A stretch of 63,866 nucleotides of DNA, the filler included, from Octopus bimaculoides (Eukaryota): assembly GCF_001194135.2 (NCBI RefSeq). It is 6 parts of 5 records of this genome, joined end to end, with 100 filler letters (N's around TTAATTAATTAA, not from the genome) between each part and the next. Parts side by side here need not be neighbours in the genome. Positions count along the whole stretch, not along the records: positions 29,462 to 46,463 come from NC_068992.1; positions 46,564 to 50,391 come from NC_068994.1; positions 50,492 to 59,385 come from NC_068989.1; 3 more parts are not named here. The stretch is one strand, 5' to 3'. Position numbers and translations under genes: made by a program. The notes beneath the pieces were generated by a model. It saw nothing but the letters and a program-made list of their open reading frames with translations, did no database searches and was not told where the DNA came from. Shown piece after piece: positions 38,693-51,177 of this stretch. Numbering within the stretch: the first letter of the stretch is position 1; each line of letters starts with the position of its first letter.

Positions 38693-39242
38693 GCAAAATA
38701 TTTTTTCGCACGAGAGTTCCGGACCCCAGTTATGAACTGATTTGCATACAGCCAATCAGAGACCAACTATCAAACTAATTCATGAGCGCATAAGTGATGG
38801 GTGATGAGATAAGGTCACTTGGATAAGGAATGACCATGCTTCTTTTCTCTTTTAATAATGCTTGTTGTTCTTGTTCTTGTTTCAACCATGGCTGGCTCTG
38901 CGTAGTTATTTGTGTTGTAGTTTACTTTCTAAAACAGTAAGGGAAGAGGGTTCCTAGCACATCATCCTTCTACCAACATTTTTCCCATCCACATCTCTAC
39001 CATATGGGGCCCTAACAAAATCCGATAATAGGAATAGATGCAAATCTATCTAATTACTTGTCTCTTTCTAAAATCAGGCATAACTTGGTGATCGGTCGAC
39101 TTACAACACCGTTCTTCGTCTTGAGTTTACTTGGTAGAGTGTGTTTGTTAACTTGGCAACAAGTTCAAGGTGAGCTCTGATCGGCTGTATGCAAATGAGT
39201 TCATTACTGGGGTCCGGAACTCTCGTGGGAAAAAAATTTCGC
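38693..39242. repeat. ~69-bp inverted repeat (38693-38761 / 39175-39242) carrying octamer and CCAAT motifs; probable non-autonomous DNA element
   Basis: CACGAGAGTTCCGGACCCCAGT(T/A)ATGAACT(G/C)ATTTGCATACAGCC(A/G)ATCAGAG is present on opposite strands with a spacer of about 410 bp. Confidence 0.8.
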
Positions 39243-40490
39243 GGGCTGCTACGGTAGCAGTGAAGTCTTATCAAAAACCTCGAAGCAGTAGTCTGAAGGA
39301 GCTCTGGTACCGCCATTCGAGCTGGCGTCAAGTCGATCCCTAAAAGAATTGGGTTTCGACAACTTGACACAGCTCCTTTGTTGTTTCAAGGCCGCCTGTC
39401 TCAGCCACGTGATGCGCCACGGAGGAGGCCTCGGTGCGAAGTGCGTGGGTATCGGTTTCGCGAACCGTCGTCCACCTTAATAAAAATTACGCGAACCGTC
39501 AATCTGGGCCCTGCATGATGCCGACGACAAGATTGCGAAAAGAAAATTATTTTGAGCTGTGACATGATTGTTAAAACCGCAATTATTTTTGCACCAAGCT
39601 AATAAAAATAAATTGAAACCTTCGTCTGGAGATGTCGAGAAAACAAACGTCGGCTGAGCTGTGATATATAGTTAAAACCCCACTGATATAAGGATCTCGA
39701 AATATTTATGTATGTACAGATGTTGATGGCGAGAAAAATTGAAACAGTGAAGAACAATTAACTTTAAAAAGAATTGAACCGCTCCATGCAGGGGTTCATT
39801 TTGAAGATTTATGCATGCAACATGAAGTGAAGATTCCTTTTCGTGAATACAATAAAGATTACTCTATTTGCCCTATTTTCACTGCATTTGGGGCTGTTGC
39901 ACTATACTTTACAATAAGCAGTAAGTAATTACTTCTTCCCCCAAAAGGGAAACAGCAAATTATTCTACCAGAAAGAAAATAATAGGAGAGGAGAAAGAGA
40001 ATGACGTATGACATATACATACACACAAACGCACACACGCAAGTGCGCACGCACACACTATCACTCGCGCGCGCACTCACGCGAGCGCACAAAAACACAC
40101 ACACGCGCACACACACACATACACGCGCACACACACACATACACGCGCACACACACACAGACGCACAACACACACACGCACGCGTACGCACACAAATATT
40201 TATGTAAATGTAAACTTAAGGACACAGTAATTGTGCCAAGGCCGACAGGAAGCGGTCCAGCTTCCTAGGGCTAAACGGCAGTAGTGTGTTCCCTTATTGG
40301 GATTGTCGCATTAAGTTGACAATACACTACAACTTTATCGCTCCACTACTGCTTAAATCTCTCTGAGAGATTTAGAAATATTATATTTATATATATACAT
40401 ATTTACATATAATATACATTTATATATGTATATATATATATATATGTTTAGACATACATAATATACATGTATATATGTATATATGTATAT

Positions 40491-40522
<32 letters not shown>

Positions 40523-40680
40523 GCATGTGTGTGTGTGTGTAAGTATAAATGCATACACGTAGTTCATATACATACATGCATGCGTACATACATGCATATA
40601 TGCACACACACACATATATATATAGATATATATATGCGCAAAGAGAGAAAGAAAGAGAGATGGAGAGAGAGCGAGATAGA

Positions 40681-40713
<33 letters not shown>

Positions 40714-41179
40714 GGAGAGAGGGAGAGACAGAGAGAGACAGAGAGAGACAGAGAGAGAGAGCGTGCTACAGCAGTATAAAATACATATCCTTTGAGTTTT
40801 CCCTTTGCATTTTACAAATTTCGGTGTTTATCTTGTATCAGTAATCTTATTCCCCAAACACCGAGAGCAACCGAAGAAAATACCACACCAGCCCTAATGA
40901 AACGAATACCAATTCCTGACGCAAGCACCAAAGCACACATTCTTAGATGAAGTGTAGAGTTCGGTTAGTTTTAAATAATTTTAGTTGAAGATTGATACAT
41001 ATTTGTGGAACCCATGGTATTTTGGTAAGAAAAGCTGATTAAGGGATCACAAGTGGAGAATACAAGGCGTTTGATCTTGTGTTTCTGCTACTCCACAATC
41101 ATTAACAGACCAGATATTAGATTTGAAGAAAGTAGACAATACATGTTGAATAACAGAAAATCTGGAGAACCATACGCTT

Positions 41180-41226
<47 letters not shown>

Positions 41227-41254
41227 CGTCGCCGTATCTCTCTCTCAGTACATA

Positions 41255-41806
41255 CAGGGTGTTCAAAAAGTCGCTCCGCAGTAAATTTTTTCATCCTGCG
41301 CATGCGCAACTTGGCTATAACTGCGTGGGCGCCCGGGTTTCAGTCATAGTGTATCCTTCAGCGTGTCGACATGCTAACTATTAAAGAACGCACATACTTC
41401 GCACATCACCATGGCGCTACTTCAAGAGTCTTTCGGTGAACAGATTATTTCGAAGGGAATTTGGCCACCAAAATCACCTGATTTAAAACCGCCAGACTTA
41501 TTTTTTTCTGGAGAGCAAGTAAAGGATCAGTGTACAAGAATCGCCCGAAAACAGTTAATGAGCTAAAAGACGCAATCATAAAGTTCACACGGTCCATGCC
41601 GCGTCGGACTCTCCAAGATGTATTTCAAAACATGTGTAGAAAAGTCAAGTTATGTATTGAAAATAAAGGACGACACTTTCAACACGTCATATAAAGTTTT
41701 TTAAGTCTTGTAATGTCTAATATATTCTTTTGTAGTCTTATACCATCTTATAAATATTTATTTTGCAATAAAATACTAACTGCGGAAAGACTTTTTGAAC
41801 AGCCTG
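41255..41806 (+). mobile_element. Internally deleted Tc1/mariner-superfamily (maT/Tc3-like) element
   Basis: TIRs TA|CAGGGTGTTCAAAAAGTCGCTCCGCAGT ... ACTGCGGAAAGACTTTTTGAACAGCCTG|TA. The transposase remnant reads IISKGIWPPKSPDLKPPDLFF..KDQ-YKNRPKTVNELKDAI...CIENKGRHFQHVI*. Confidence 0.9.
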
Positions 41807-43111
41807 TATGTATGTGCGTGTATAGCTGTGTGGTTAAAGGGGACACCTCATTTGGTGCTTAGTCCTACTGTGCGGGAACCATGAGCAAGTGTTTTGTATC
41901 AAAGCCAAGCTTAGTAGATTTAGTAGACGGGAATTGTACGGAAACATGCTGTATATATANNNNNNNNNNNNNNNNNNNNNNNNNNNNNNNNNNNNNNNNN
42001 NNNNNNNNNNNNNNNNNNNNNNNNNNNNNNNNNNNNNNNNNNNNNNNNNNNNNNNNNNNNNNNNNNNNNNNNNNNNNNNNNNNNNNNNNNNNNNNNNNNN
42101 NNNNNNNNNNNNNNNNNNNNNNNNNNNNNNNNNNNNNNNNNNNNNNNNNNNNNNNNNNNNNNNNNNNNNNNNNNNNNNNTATATAATGCTTATATAACAA
42201 ATTTAAATGATGTACAAAAAATACAGAAAACTAAGAGGAGAGGGCATACCACTCAACTATCGTTTTTAAGAAGATAGAAAATGGTGTCCGTAAAAGGTTT
42301 TCGAATCTCTCCTTCATTAGAAAAATTTCCGACGTCGCGCCTCACTATTTGGCATACCGCCAGTTTAAGGACGGCGTCTATATGCCTGGCCTTAAACCTC
42401 ACAAAATAAGTGCTACCGTAAAGGCGTTTGGTTTGCCCCATCCTTCTCACTCAATGTCAAGATTTGCGTGGGATGGATATTCCCTAGATTAGTGAACAAA
42501 CACTTCACAGAGTCACATAGATACGGTCTTTATTTAATAGACACAACTTAGGTGTCTCCTTTATGTGTGCACCCAGCATTGAAAAATATCAGTGAGCGCT
42601 CCTAAACCACGCACAGATGCAGGATGCTCATCCAGGGTTAAGAATGAGTGCACAGTAGATACTATGGCGGCTGCAACTCAGAGGATGTAGTGTATGAGAC
42701 TGAGTGAGTGACCGGCACTGGTAAGTGCAGTGTCAACCTTAGCAGCAACAATAGCAACAACGCCATCACCTCAGTCACTGATAACAACAGCGGTGATAGC
42801 AATCATAGCGGTAGCGGCAATTTCGCCAGAAACGCGTCAAGCGGCGGCGACGGTAGCAATAGCAACCGAAGCAACAGCAGCAACAGCACCAGCAATGCAT
42901 CCCGCAGTGACACGACTGTGACACGAGAATCGCTTCCACAGATAACAGCAGCAATACCAGCAGTAGCAGCACCAGTGGCAGCAGCACCAGTGGCAGCAGC
43001 ACCAGAAGCAGCAACAGTACTGACAATGTTTCCTGTACTGACAACAACATCGGCAGCATTAGCAACAGCAACAGCAGCTGTGATACCATCAGCACAAGGG
43101 CACAGGCACGG

Positions 43112-43427
43112 AAATATGTCGGTTCTACAGGAGTTTCCGTTCAAGTATCGTCTTAGCAATTACAGGCCCACCTTTACGATATCAGAGATGCACGACACTA
43201 CGTCCCAGGCCAGCTACGTATGGCATTTCAAAGAGGAAAGGAGCCATACAAAATTGAATGAAAATCTCCTAGAACAACCGAAGCCGTACTTCAACTGGAG
43301 CAAACGATGTAAGCTTTGCTTGAATAAAAGAACAAGAATACTGAAAACTTCACTGGACTTGGTGACCTATTTAAACTCTAAAAAAGAGGTGTGTAGTCAG
43401 TGCCCTCATCAGAGGAAATTCCTGTTA
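43112..43427 (+). mobile_element. Penelope-like GIY-YIG endonuclease C-terminal relic
   Basis: KYVGSTGVS/FKYRLSNY...SYVWHFKEE...KPYFNWSKRCKLCLNKRTRILK...LNSKKEVCSQCPHQRKFLL, with one frameshift. This fits the PLE pattern YIG..FK.R..NH / KRCxLCL / LNKRxE..xCxHxxKFLL. Confidence 0.8.
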
Positions 43428-44187
43428 GGGACACAGAATTTTTCATTTGTCGACTGGAGAAATGTTACCACCTTCACTCACCATTGTGGACACGACAAGA
43501 GCCGATCTAAGGGAGATAACTCTGCCCTGATAAAGATTTTACCAGTAGAGGTTCGTTTCCGAATCTTGGCTTACAGAATTAACTGATCATGATGTTTTCC
43601 GCCCTCCAGTTGTAAAAAGGTTAACACACACACACACACACACACACACATGCACTTTGTCTCTCTCTCTCTTGCACACACACACACATATATGTATATA
43701 TATTTATATACATACGTGTTTATATAAACATATGCACTCAAGCGCGCAGTTGCACAATTAGGGAGAGAGAGCGGGGAGGGAATAAATATGAATAGAGTGT
43801 CAAGAATGGAAACCACATCCCTGAGTTCACTCGGTTAAACATAATTCCACTCTATTGCCTTCCTCACATGCATTTGCATATTTAATTAAATTTTTACTTC
43901 TCATTCCTTCTCTCTCTCACTTTCTTTTTCTCTTAATTCATTAGGAAAATAAACTAACCCTGTATTGTGTCATCGGTTTATGGAAGAAAGGATTAGAGAA
44001 ATAAACAAACAAACACAGCAACAAACAGGAGGTTATCAATTCAGTTAATTTCCTGTTTATATGCGAATGAGGCCAGGAATGTCTTCTACGATGTAAAACA
44101 AAAACAAAAAAGAAGCACAAAAAGAAAAGGGTAAAACTGACTACTAACAAACAAAAAAAGCTATACTGTTGTTGATGTTGTTGTTAA

Positions 44188-46180
44188 GGAGGCGAACTCG
44201 CAGAATCGTTAGTACACCGGAGAAAAACGCTTCGCGGCATTTCATCCGTTTTTATGTTCTGAGTTCAAATTCTGCCGAGGTCAACTTTGCATTTCATCCT
44301 TTTGGGCTCGATTAAATAAGTACCAGTTACGCACTGGGGTCGATCTAATCGACTTAATTCCATTGTCTGTCCTTGTTTGTCCCTTCTATGTTTAGTACCC
44401 CACCCCTGGGGGCAATAAAGAAGTAAATATTTGTATATATGAAGACGGCGAACTAGCAGAAACTTAAGCACTCCGGGCGAAATGCTAACATTCAGAGTTC
44501 AAATTCCGCCGAGATCGACTTTGCTTTTCATCCTTTAGAGTTCAATAAACTAATCACCAATTGACCACTGAGGTCGATGAAATCGACTTGTCCCTTTCCT
44601 CGAAGTTGCTGGCCTTGTACTCAAACTTGTTATTGTTGTTGGTACTGTTAAGGGTAGTTGAGTTGCTGAATCTTTCGACCGGATGAAGAAATCTTTTGCA
44701 ATATTTCTTCAGTCGTTTATGTTATGAGTTCAAATCTTGCGAACTCAACTTTGATAACTTGTCATTTGAGTATTGGAGTCGATGAAATTCTTGCTCATCC
44801 CCAGTTCTTTATCGATCACTAACGTGAACCCTCCGCACATTACCGCATTGCCCGTTTGGTAAAGGACTGTGACCCTTGGCAACATTCCAGACTCCGAGCG
44901 TCCTGTCGCGGATTTTGCTTGTCCCAAGACTGCATATCTGTTAAAGAGACGGGATGTGATAAAATACGTCTGGCAAACTACAGCTACTACTAATAATACT
45001 GGTTTCAAATTTTGGCACAAGGCCAGCAATTTCGATGGAAGGTTTAAGTCGGTTATGTCGACCCCAGTTCTCAACTGGTACTTATTTCATCGACACTGAA
45101 AGCATGAAAGGAGAAGTCGACTTCTGCAGAATTTGAACTCAAAACATAAAGATAGACGAAAAGCTACTAAGCACTTAGTCCGGCATACTGATTCTTGGGC
45201 CAGCTAGCTGTCATAATAATAATCCTTTCTACTAAATGAACAAGGACTGAAACTTGTGGGGAGAGGACTGGTCGATTTAATCAACCCCAGTACGCAACTG
45301 GTACTTAATTTATCGACCTCGAAAGGATAAAAGGCATAGTGGACCTAGGCGGAATTTGAACTCAGAACGTAAAAAGAAAAGAAAAACGTAAAGACAGACG
45401 AAATATCACTAAGCGTGCTAACATTTCTGCCAGCTCACCGTCTTCTGGCTGTGATTATAATAATGTAAATATTGTTAGGTTATTTTCTCACAACCTCTCC
45501 TTATTTCTGAACATTTTTCAAATATTCTTTCATAAGAGCTACCTTATTGTTTTTGATATAAAAGTGTATTTTTCGAATCCTATGAATAATAAAGATAACA
45601 AATTTTATGAAAATCAGAGCCGGTGGTGATTTAACAGATTATGACAGACATCTCTGTGTGAGGGAGATGTCGACAAACATCGAAACACCGTAGGAATAAT
45701 GTTCCAAATGTTATGAAAACGATAACAACAAATACATTTTAACGCTGCCATTATTGTCTTTAAAAAGGAGACGACAGAAAGGCAGAGTTTTAACAGACTA
45801 AACAGCCCTGCGGTATTTAGCTACGTTCGTATACATTGTCAGTTCAAATCCAACCAAGGTCAACTTAGACTTTTATCGTTTTAGGGTCAATAAAATAAAG
45901 TAGAGGGCAAATGCATTCGACTAAGTCCTTCGTTCAAAAATAACTGGTCCAGAGCAAAAAACTTTATACCATTATTCTTTTCTACTCTAGACACAAGGCC
46001 CAAAATTTTGGGGGAGGGGGCCAGTCGATTAGATTGACCCCAATACGCAACTGGTGCTTAATTTATCGTTCCCGAAAGGATGAAATGCAAAGTCGACCTC
46101 GNNNNNNNNNNACCCAGAACGTAAAGACAGCAAAGCATTTCGCCCGGCGTGCTAACGTTTCGGCCAGATCGCTGCCTTCA
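44188..46180. mobile_element. Dense SINE family A cluster: (+) 44188-44424, 44444-44628, 44655-44800; (-) 44995-45215, 45225-45445, 45975-46180
   Basis: Repeated matches to the family A head, B-box and central block. Confidence 0.85.
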
Positions 46181-46422
46181 CCAATCAAATAGTGGGGCAG
46201 TTTACTAATAGTTATGTCATCTCTGTAATATTTAGTCATGTGATTATGTTAGAAATTACTAATGCTGCTATCGATCGAGGAGACCTATATAACGGCATTC
46301 CATCTATGCCCCACACTACACAGTGTTTTCTTGTTTTCTACAATGGCCGGATGTTTCTTTGTGCTCGTGTGGCTTTGTAGTACTTGAGCGTCTGCTTGAA
46401 TGTGCCTTTCTATCTCAGTGTG

Positions 46423-46463
<41 letters not shown>

Positions 46464-47357
46464 NNNNNNNNNNNNNNNNNNNNNNNNNNNNNNNNNNNNN
46501 NNNNNNNTTAATTAATTAANNNNNNNNNNNNNNNNNNNNNNNNNNNNNNNNNNNNNNNNNNNNTGTGTGTGTGTGTGTGTGTGTGTGTCCATGTGCGTGT
46601 CTTTCAAAACCGCATGACAACCAGGTGGTAGATTGCTTTGCATCCCTGCAATTTAGCCACCCATCAAAAAGTACCAGGCTTAAAATATAAGTGCTGGGCT
46701 CAATTTGTCCGACTAGACCCTTCAAGGGGATACACCAGCAAGTCACAGAAGCAAATAAAATATATATTAAAGCGGTATAAACCACCAGAATGTATAACAT
46801 TTTTGTTTGGGTCTCAAAAAACATAAAAAAGCATGTAAACCTTTGAAATTTTCGTTATCAATTTTCTTAAACTCATTTATGAAGTGGCTGTCATAACCAA
46901 TTCCTCTGAAAAACAATCCAAGTATCATATCATAGATTTATATAGTGTGGTTTAAGCTACCATATCAATGCAGAATTAAAGCCAACAGATTTTACTCTGT
47001 GTTTCTTAAATATGATTCACCTAAGGTCATCTTCAGACATTTTTAATTAATTCTGCTTTATTTTATCACTATCTTTATAATCCATCTCATCTGTAATCCA
47101 ATTCTCAAGAGAAATTTATAATGCTTTTACCATTTTCAACAGATCTAGATACTCCACAGAAGTGAGAATACATACATACATACATACATACATAATACAC
47201 ACACATACATATACACACAGGCATATGTGTAAGTGCATATATATATATATATACATATATATATGTGTGTGTATATATATATATATAAAAATGAATATAT
47301 ATATATACATATATATATATATAAATTAATATATATATATATCTGTATATACATACA

Positions 47358-47389
<32 letters not shown>

Positions 47390-47423
47390 CATACATGCAT
47401 ATATATACATATATATATATATG

Positions 47424-47483
<60 letters not shown>

Positions 47484-47955
47484 GAGAGAGATGAAGTTAT
47501 TAATTTATAATTCATTATTATATTTAAAATCTTACATTTTTCTGATGTCATTAAATTACTTTTCCCTATAGATTACTCTTTATTTATTATCCCTTATAAA
47601 GGTGTTTATATTATCTACATGTGGGGGTTTTAAGATTAATCCGACAATTCCATTTATTTTTATCCATCATATTCTCTTCGTTGCACCAAAGTTTTCTCAT
47701 ATGCGTCTTTCTCTGGCTTGCTTTGCAGTCATTCACTGAGCATGCAGTAGAGAATGGGCATCTAGAGGTAATAGTGTGTATCTATTTGTTTGGATACGCG
47801 TATATATTTATATATGTGATGCGCGCGCGCGTGTGTGTATGGTTATCCATGTCTCGCATCAGAAAAGAGTCAGATTGAGAAGTAGAAGTTCAAGTGATAC
47901 ATAGAATTTATCATTTTATATTTATGTTGTTTCTGGTTACATCTTTTAGATTTTG

Positions 47956-48710
47956 TAGCTTGTTTACCAACCGCATGGTTCCGGGTTCAGTACCACTGCG
48001 TGGCACCTTGGGCCAGTGTCTTATACTATAGCCTCGGGACGATCAAAGTCTTGTGAGTGGATTTGGTAGACGGAAACTTAAAGAAGCCCGTCGCATATAT
48101 GTATATATATGTGTGTATGTGTGTGTGTGTTTGTCCTTCCCAACATCGCTTGACAACCGATGCTGGCGTGTTTACGTCCCCGTAACCTAGAGGTTCGGCA
48201 AAGAGACCGATAGAATAAGTATTAGGCTTACAAAGAAGAAGTCCCGGGGTCGATTTGCTCGACTAAAGGCGGTGCTCCAACGTGGCCACCGTTGGAAACA
48301 AGTAAAAGAGTAAAAGAGTAATATGAATTATTTATCAATATTGTATATATATTCATGTTTAGCGGCATTTCATCCGTCTATATGTTCTAATATCAAATTC
48401 CACCTAGGTCGAATTTACATTTCGTCAACTCGGGGTCGATAAATAAGTACTAGTTGAGTCCTGATGTCAATGTAACCGATTAGTCTCCTCCCCAGAAATT
48501 ACTGGCCTGGTACCAAAATTTGAAACCAATATTATATATATGCTTATCGACATTTCGTCCGTCTTCACGTTCTTAGCTGAAATCCCGCCGAGCTCGACTT
48601 TGCCTTTTATCTTTTCGGGGTCAATAAAGTAAGTACCAGTTGAGTATTAGGGTATACTTAATCGAGTTAGCCCCTCCCCAAACCGCTTCCCTCGTTTCAA
48701 AGTTTGACAT
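47956..48710 (+). mobile_element. SINE family B (47956-48320) followed by two family A copies (48355-48530, 48545-48710)
   Basis: GGTTCCGGGTTCAGTACCACTGCGTGGCACCTTGGGCCAGTGTC...GGTGCTCCAACGTGGCC...AGTAAAAGAGTAAAAG, followed by family A motifs. Confidence 0.85.
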
Positions 48711-49454
48711 CAACTTGTTCTGCTGTCAGAGGCCTTGCAACAAAGGTTATCTGCCACGCCTCTCTTAAAGACAAGGGTGCTGTCCGAGGGTCCTGGTTGA
48801 TCTGGGTGAGGTGATGTGAACTCTGGTGAAGTGCACAATCACTCTATTAACCTTAGAAAGCGGGATCCCATGGTTTTCTGTGATTTTATGCTATGTCCAC
48901 ATTCAGAATGACCCACAGCACGGCTTCTTTTAAATTCAAACAGCTCCAAGGCTTCTTTTGTACATGGCATGATTAAACAGTCACATATAGAACCCGAAAC
49001 ATAAAAATATCAATAAAAAAAATATTAACCATTACACGTTAGAAAAAACAAAACTTCTGTCATATCTGTGTGTGTATGTGTCGTGGATTTTAAATTATTT
49101 AAAATCTCCATTATAAAATTCAAGTATTACCTATTTACACAATCACCTGGGAAGGCGCATTTTACATCTTGGGTGTATGATAATGATTACACATCTCAGA
49201 AAGGTATAACAGATGTATAAGGATGTCGAAACAATTGTAGTAATTTCAATAAAAAGAATGACGTTCACTCCGTTTTCTGTCAGTTATATACATATATAAA
49301 CTCTACGGATGCTATAGAATTCTTGATGTAAATCAAGACACAAGAGCATTTCCACTGCATGATGACATCAAGTGGCCAATAACTGTGGACGAGTTCTGCA
49401 TGGATAGTATTCTACAAGGTTTTTACCTGAATCATATTTAATTATATACATACA

Positions 49455-49535
<81 letters not shown>

Positions 49536-49663
49536 GCATATATATATACATAGATATATACATATACATATATATACATAGATATATACATTTACATATA
49601 TATATATGCATATATATACATATATATATAGATATAGATATATGTGTTCGTGTGTGTGTATAC

Positions 49664-49695
<32 letters not shown>

Positions 49696-49725
49696 CTATA
49701 TATACAAACAAATATACATACATGC

Positions 49726-49773
<48 letters not shown>

Positions 49774-49783
49774 NNNNNNNNNN

Positions 49784-49838
<55 letters not shown>

Positions 49839-50344
49839 ATTATATAAGTATATATCTACAGATACATCTACCTGTGTATATATACAGCTCTACTCGTAAC
49901 TGTACATACATCTACCCAGTAATGCGTGTAATGTGTCTACCCATCTATGCATTGATCGACAGCTCTTTGTCTTTGAGTTTGGGACAGAGGGAGAAGAGGA
50001 GAGGAGATTTGAAGGAAGGCAATGATTCGAAATCTAATTATGAAAATGAAAATAAAAATAAAAAAAAGTATAATAGAATAAAATGAAATAACATAATTGA
50101 GATAGAAATAAAGATAAACTAACAGATATTTTTTTTTTAGAAAAATAGAATTAAAAAATTACTAAATAAACAATGATGAGAAAAGATGAAATATAAATAT
50201 AAATAGAGAATAATAATGAAGAAATAATAGAGACATTAAATTACAAATATGCAATACGTAATAACATAAGATGATGGAATACCGGGAATAAAATATAATA
50301 TGTGCATAATACAAATGAAACGCACACGTACAGAAAAGTGCCTC

Positions 50345-50391
<47 letters not shown>

Positions 50392-50491
50392 NNNNNNNNN
50401 NNNNNNNNNNNNNNNNNNNNNNNNNNNNNNNNNNNTTAATTAATTAANNNNNNNNNNNNNNNNNNNNNNNNNNNNNNNNNNNNNNNNNNNN

Positions 50492-50985
50492 GGCCAGTCA
50501 GGCGATACTGGCAACGGCCACGCTCGAAATGGTGTCTTTTATGTGCCACCCGCACAAGCCAGTCCAGGGGCACTGGCAACGATTTCGCTCGAAAATCCTA
50601 CGGGAGCCAGTCAGGCGGTACTGGCAACGACCACGCTCAGAATGGTCCATCTCATGTGCCACCTGCACAAGAGCCAGTCCAGGGGCACTGGCAACGATCT
50701 TACTTGGCTTGCCGGGTCTTCTCACGCACAGCACATTTCCAAAGGTCTCGGTCAGTAGTCATCGCCTCGGTGAGGCCCAATGTACNNNNNNNNNNTGAGG
50801 CCCAATGTTCGAAGGTCTTGCCTCACCACCTCAGCCCAGGTCTTCCTGGGCCTACCTCTTCCACGGGTTCCCTCAACTGTTAGGGTGTGGCACTTTTTCA
50901 CGCAGCTATCCTCATCCATTCTCACCACATGTCCATACCAGCGCAATCGTCTCTCTTGCACACCACAACTGATGCTTCTAATGTT
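50492..50985 (-). mobile_element. RTE-clade LINE fragment (ORF C-terminus and 3' UTR)
   Basis: QERRLRWYGHVVRMDEDSCVKKCHTLTVEGTRGRGRPRKTWAEVVRQDL is the RTE C-terminal signature (W.GHV.RM...GRP). Confidence 0.9.
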
Positions 50986-51177
50986 CAGACATGTATATAT
51001 ATGTATGTTTACGTCCCTGTAATTTAGCAGTTCGGCAAAAGAGACTGATAGAATATGTACAAGGCTTACAAAGAATAAGTCTTGGGGTCGATTTCTTCGA
51101 CTAAAGGCAGTGCTCCAGCATGGCCACAGTCAAATGATCGAGACAAGTAAAAGAGTAATATATATACATACATATAT

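Noticed and set aside
46995-47040. Minus-strand CTGAAGA TGACC-TTA-GGT GAAT as a decayed hammerhead
   Set aside because: It needs at least three repairs (stem II closing pair, GAAA, stems I and III), so it is too degraded to call.
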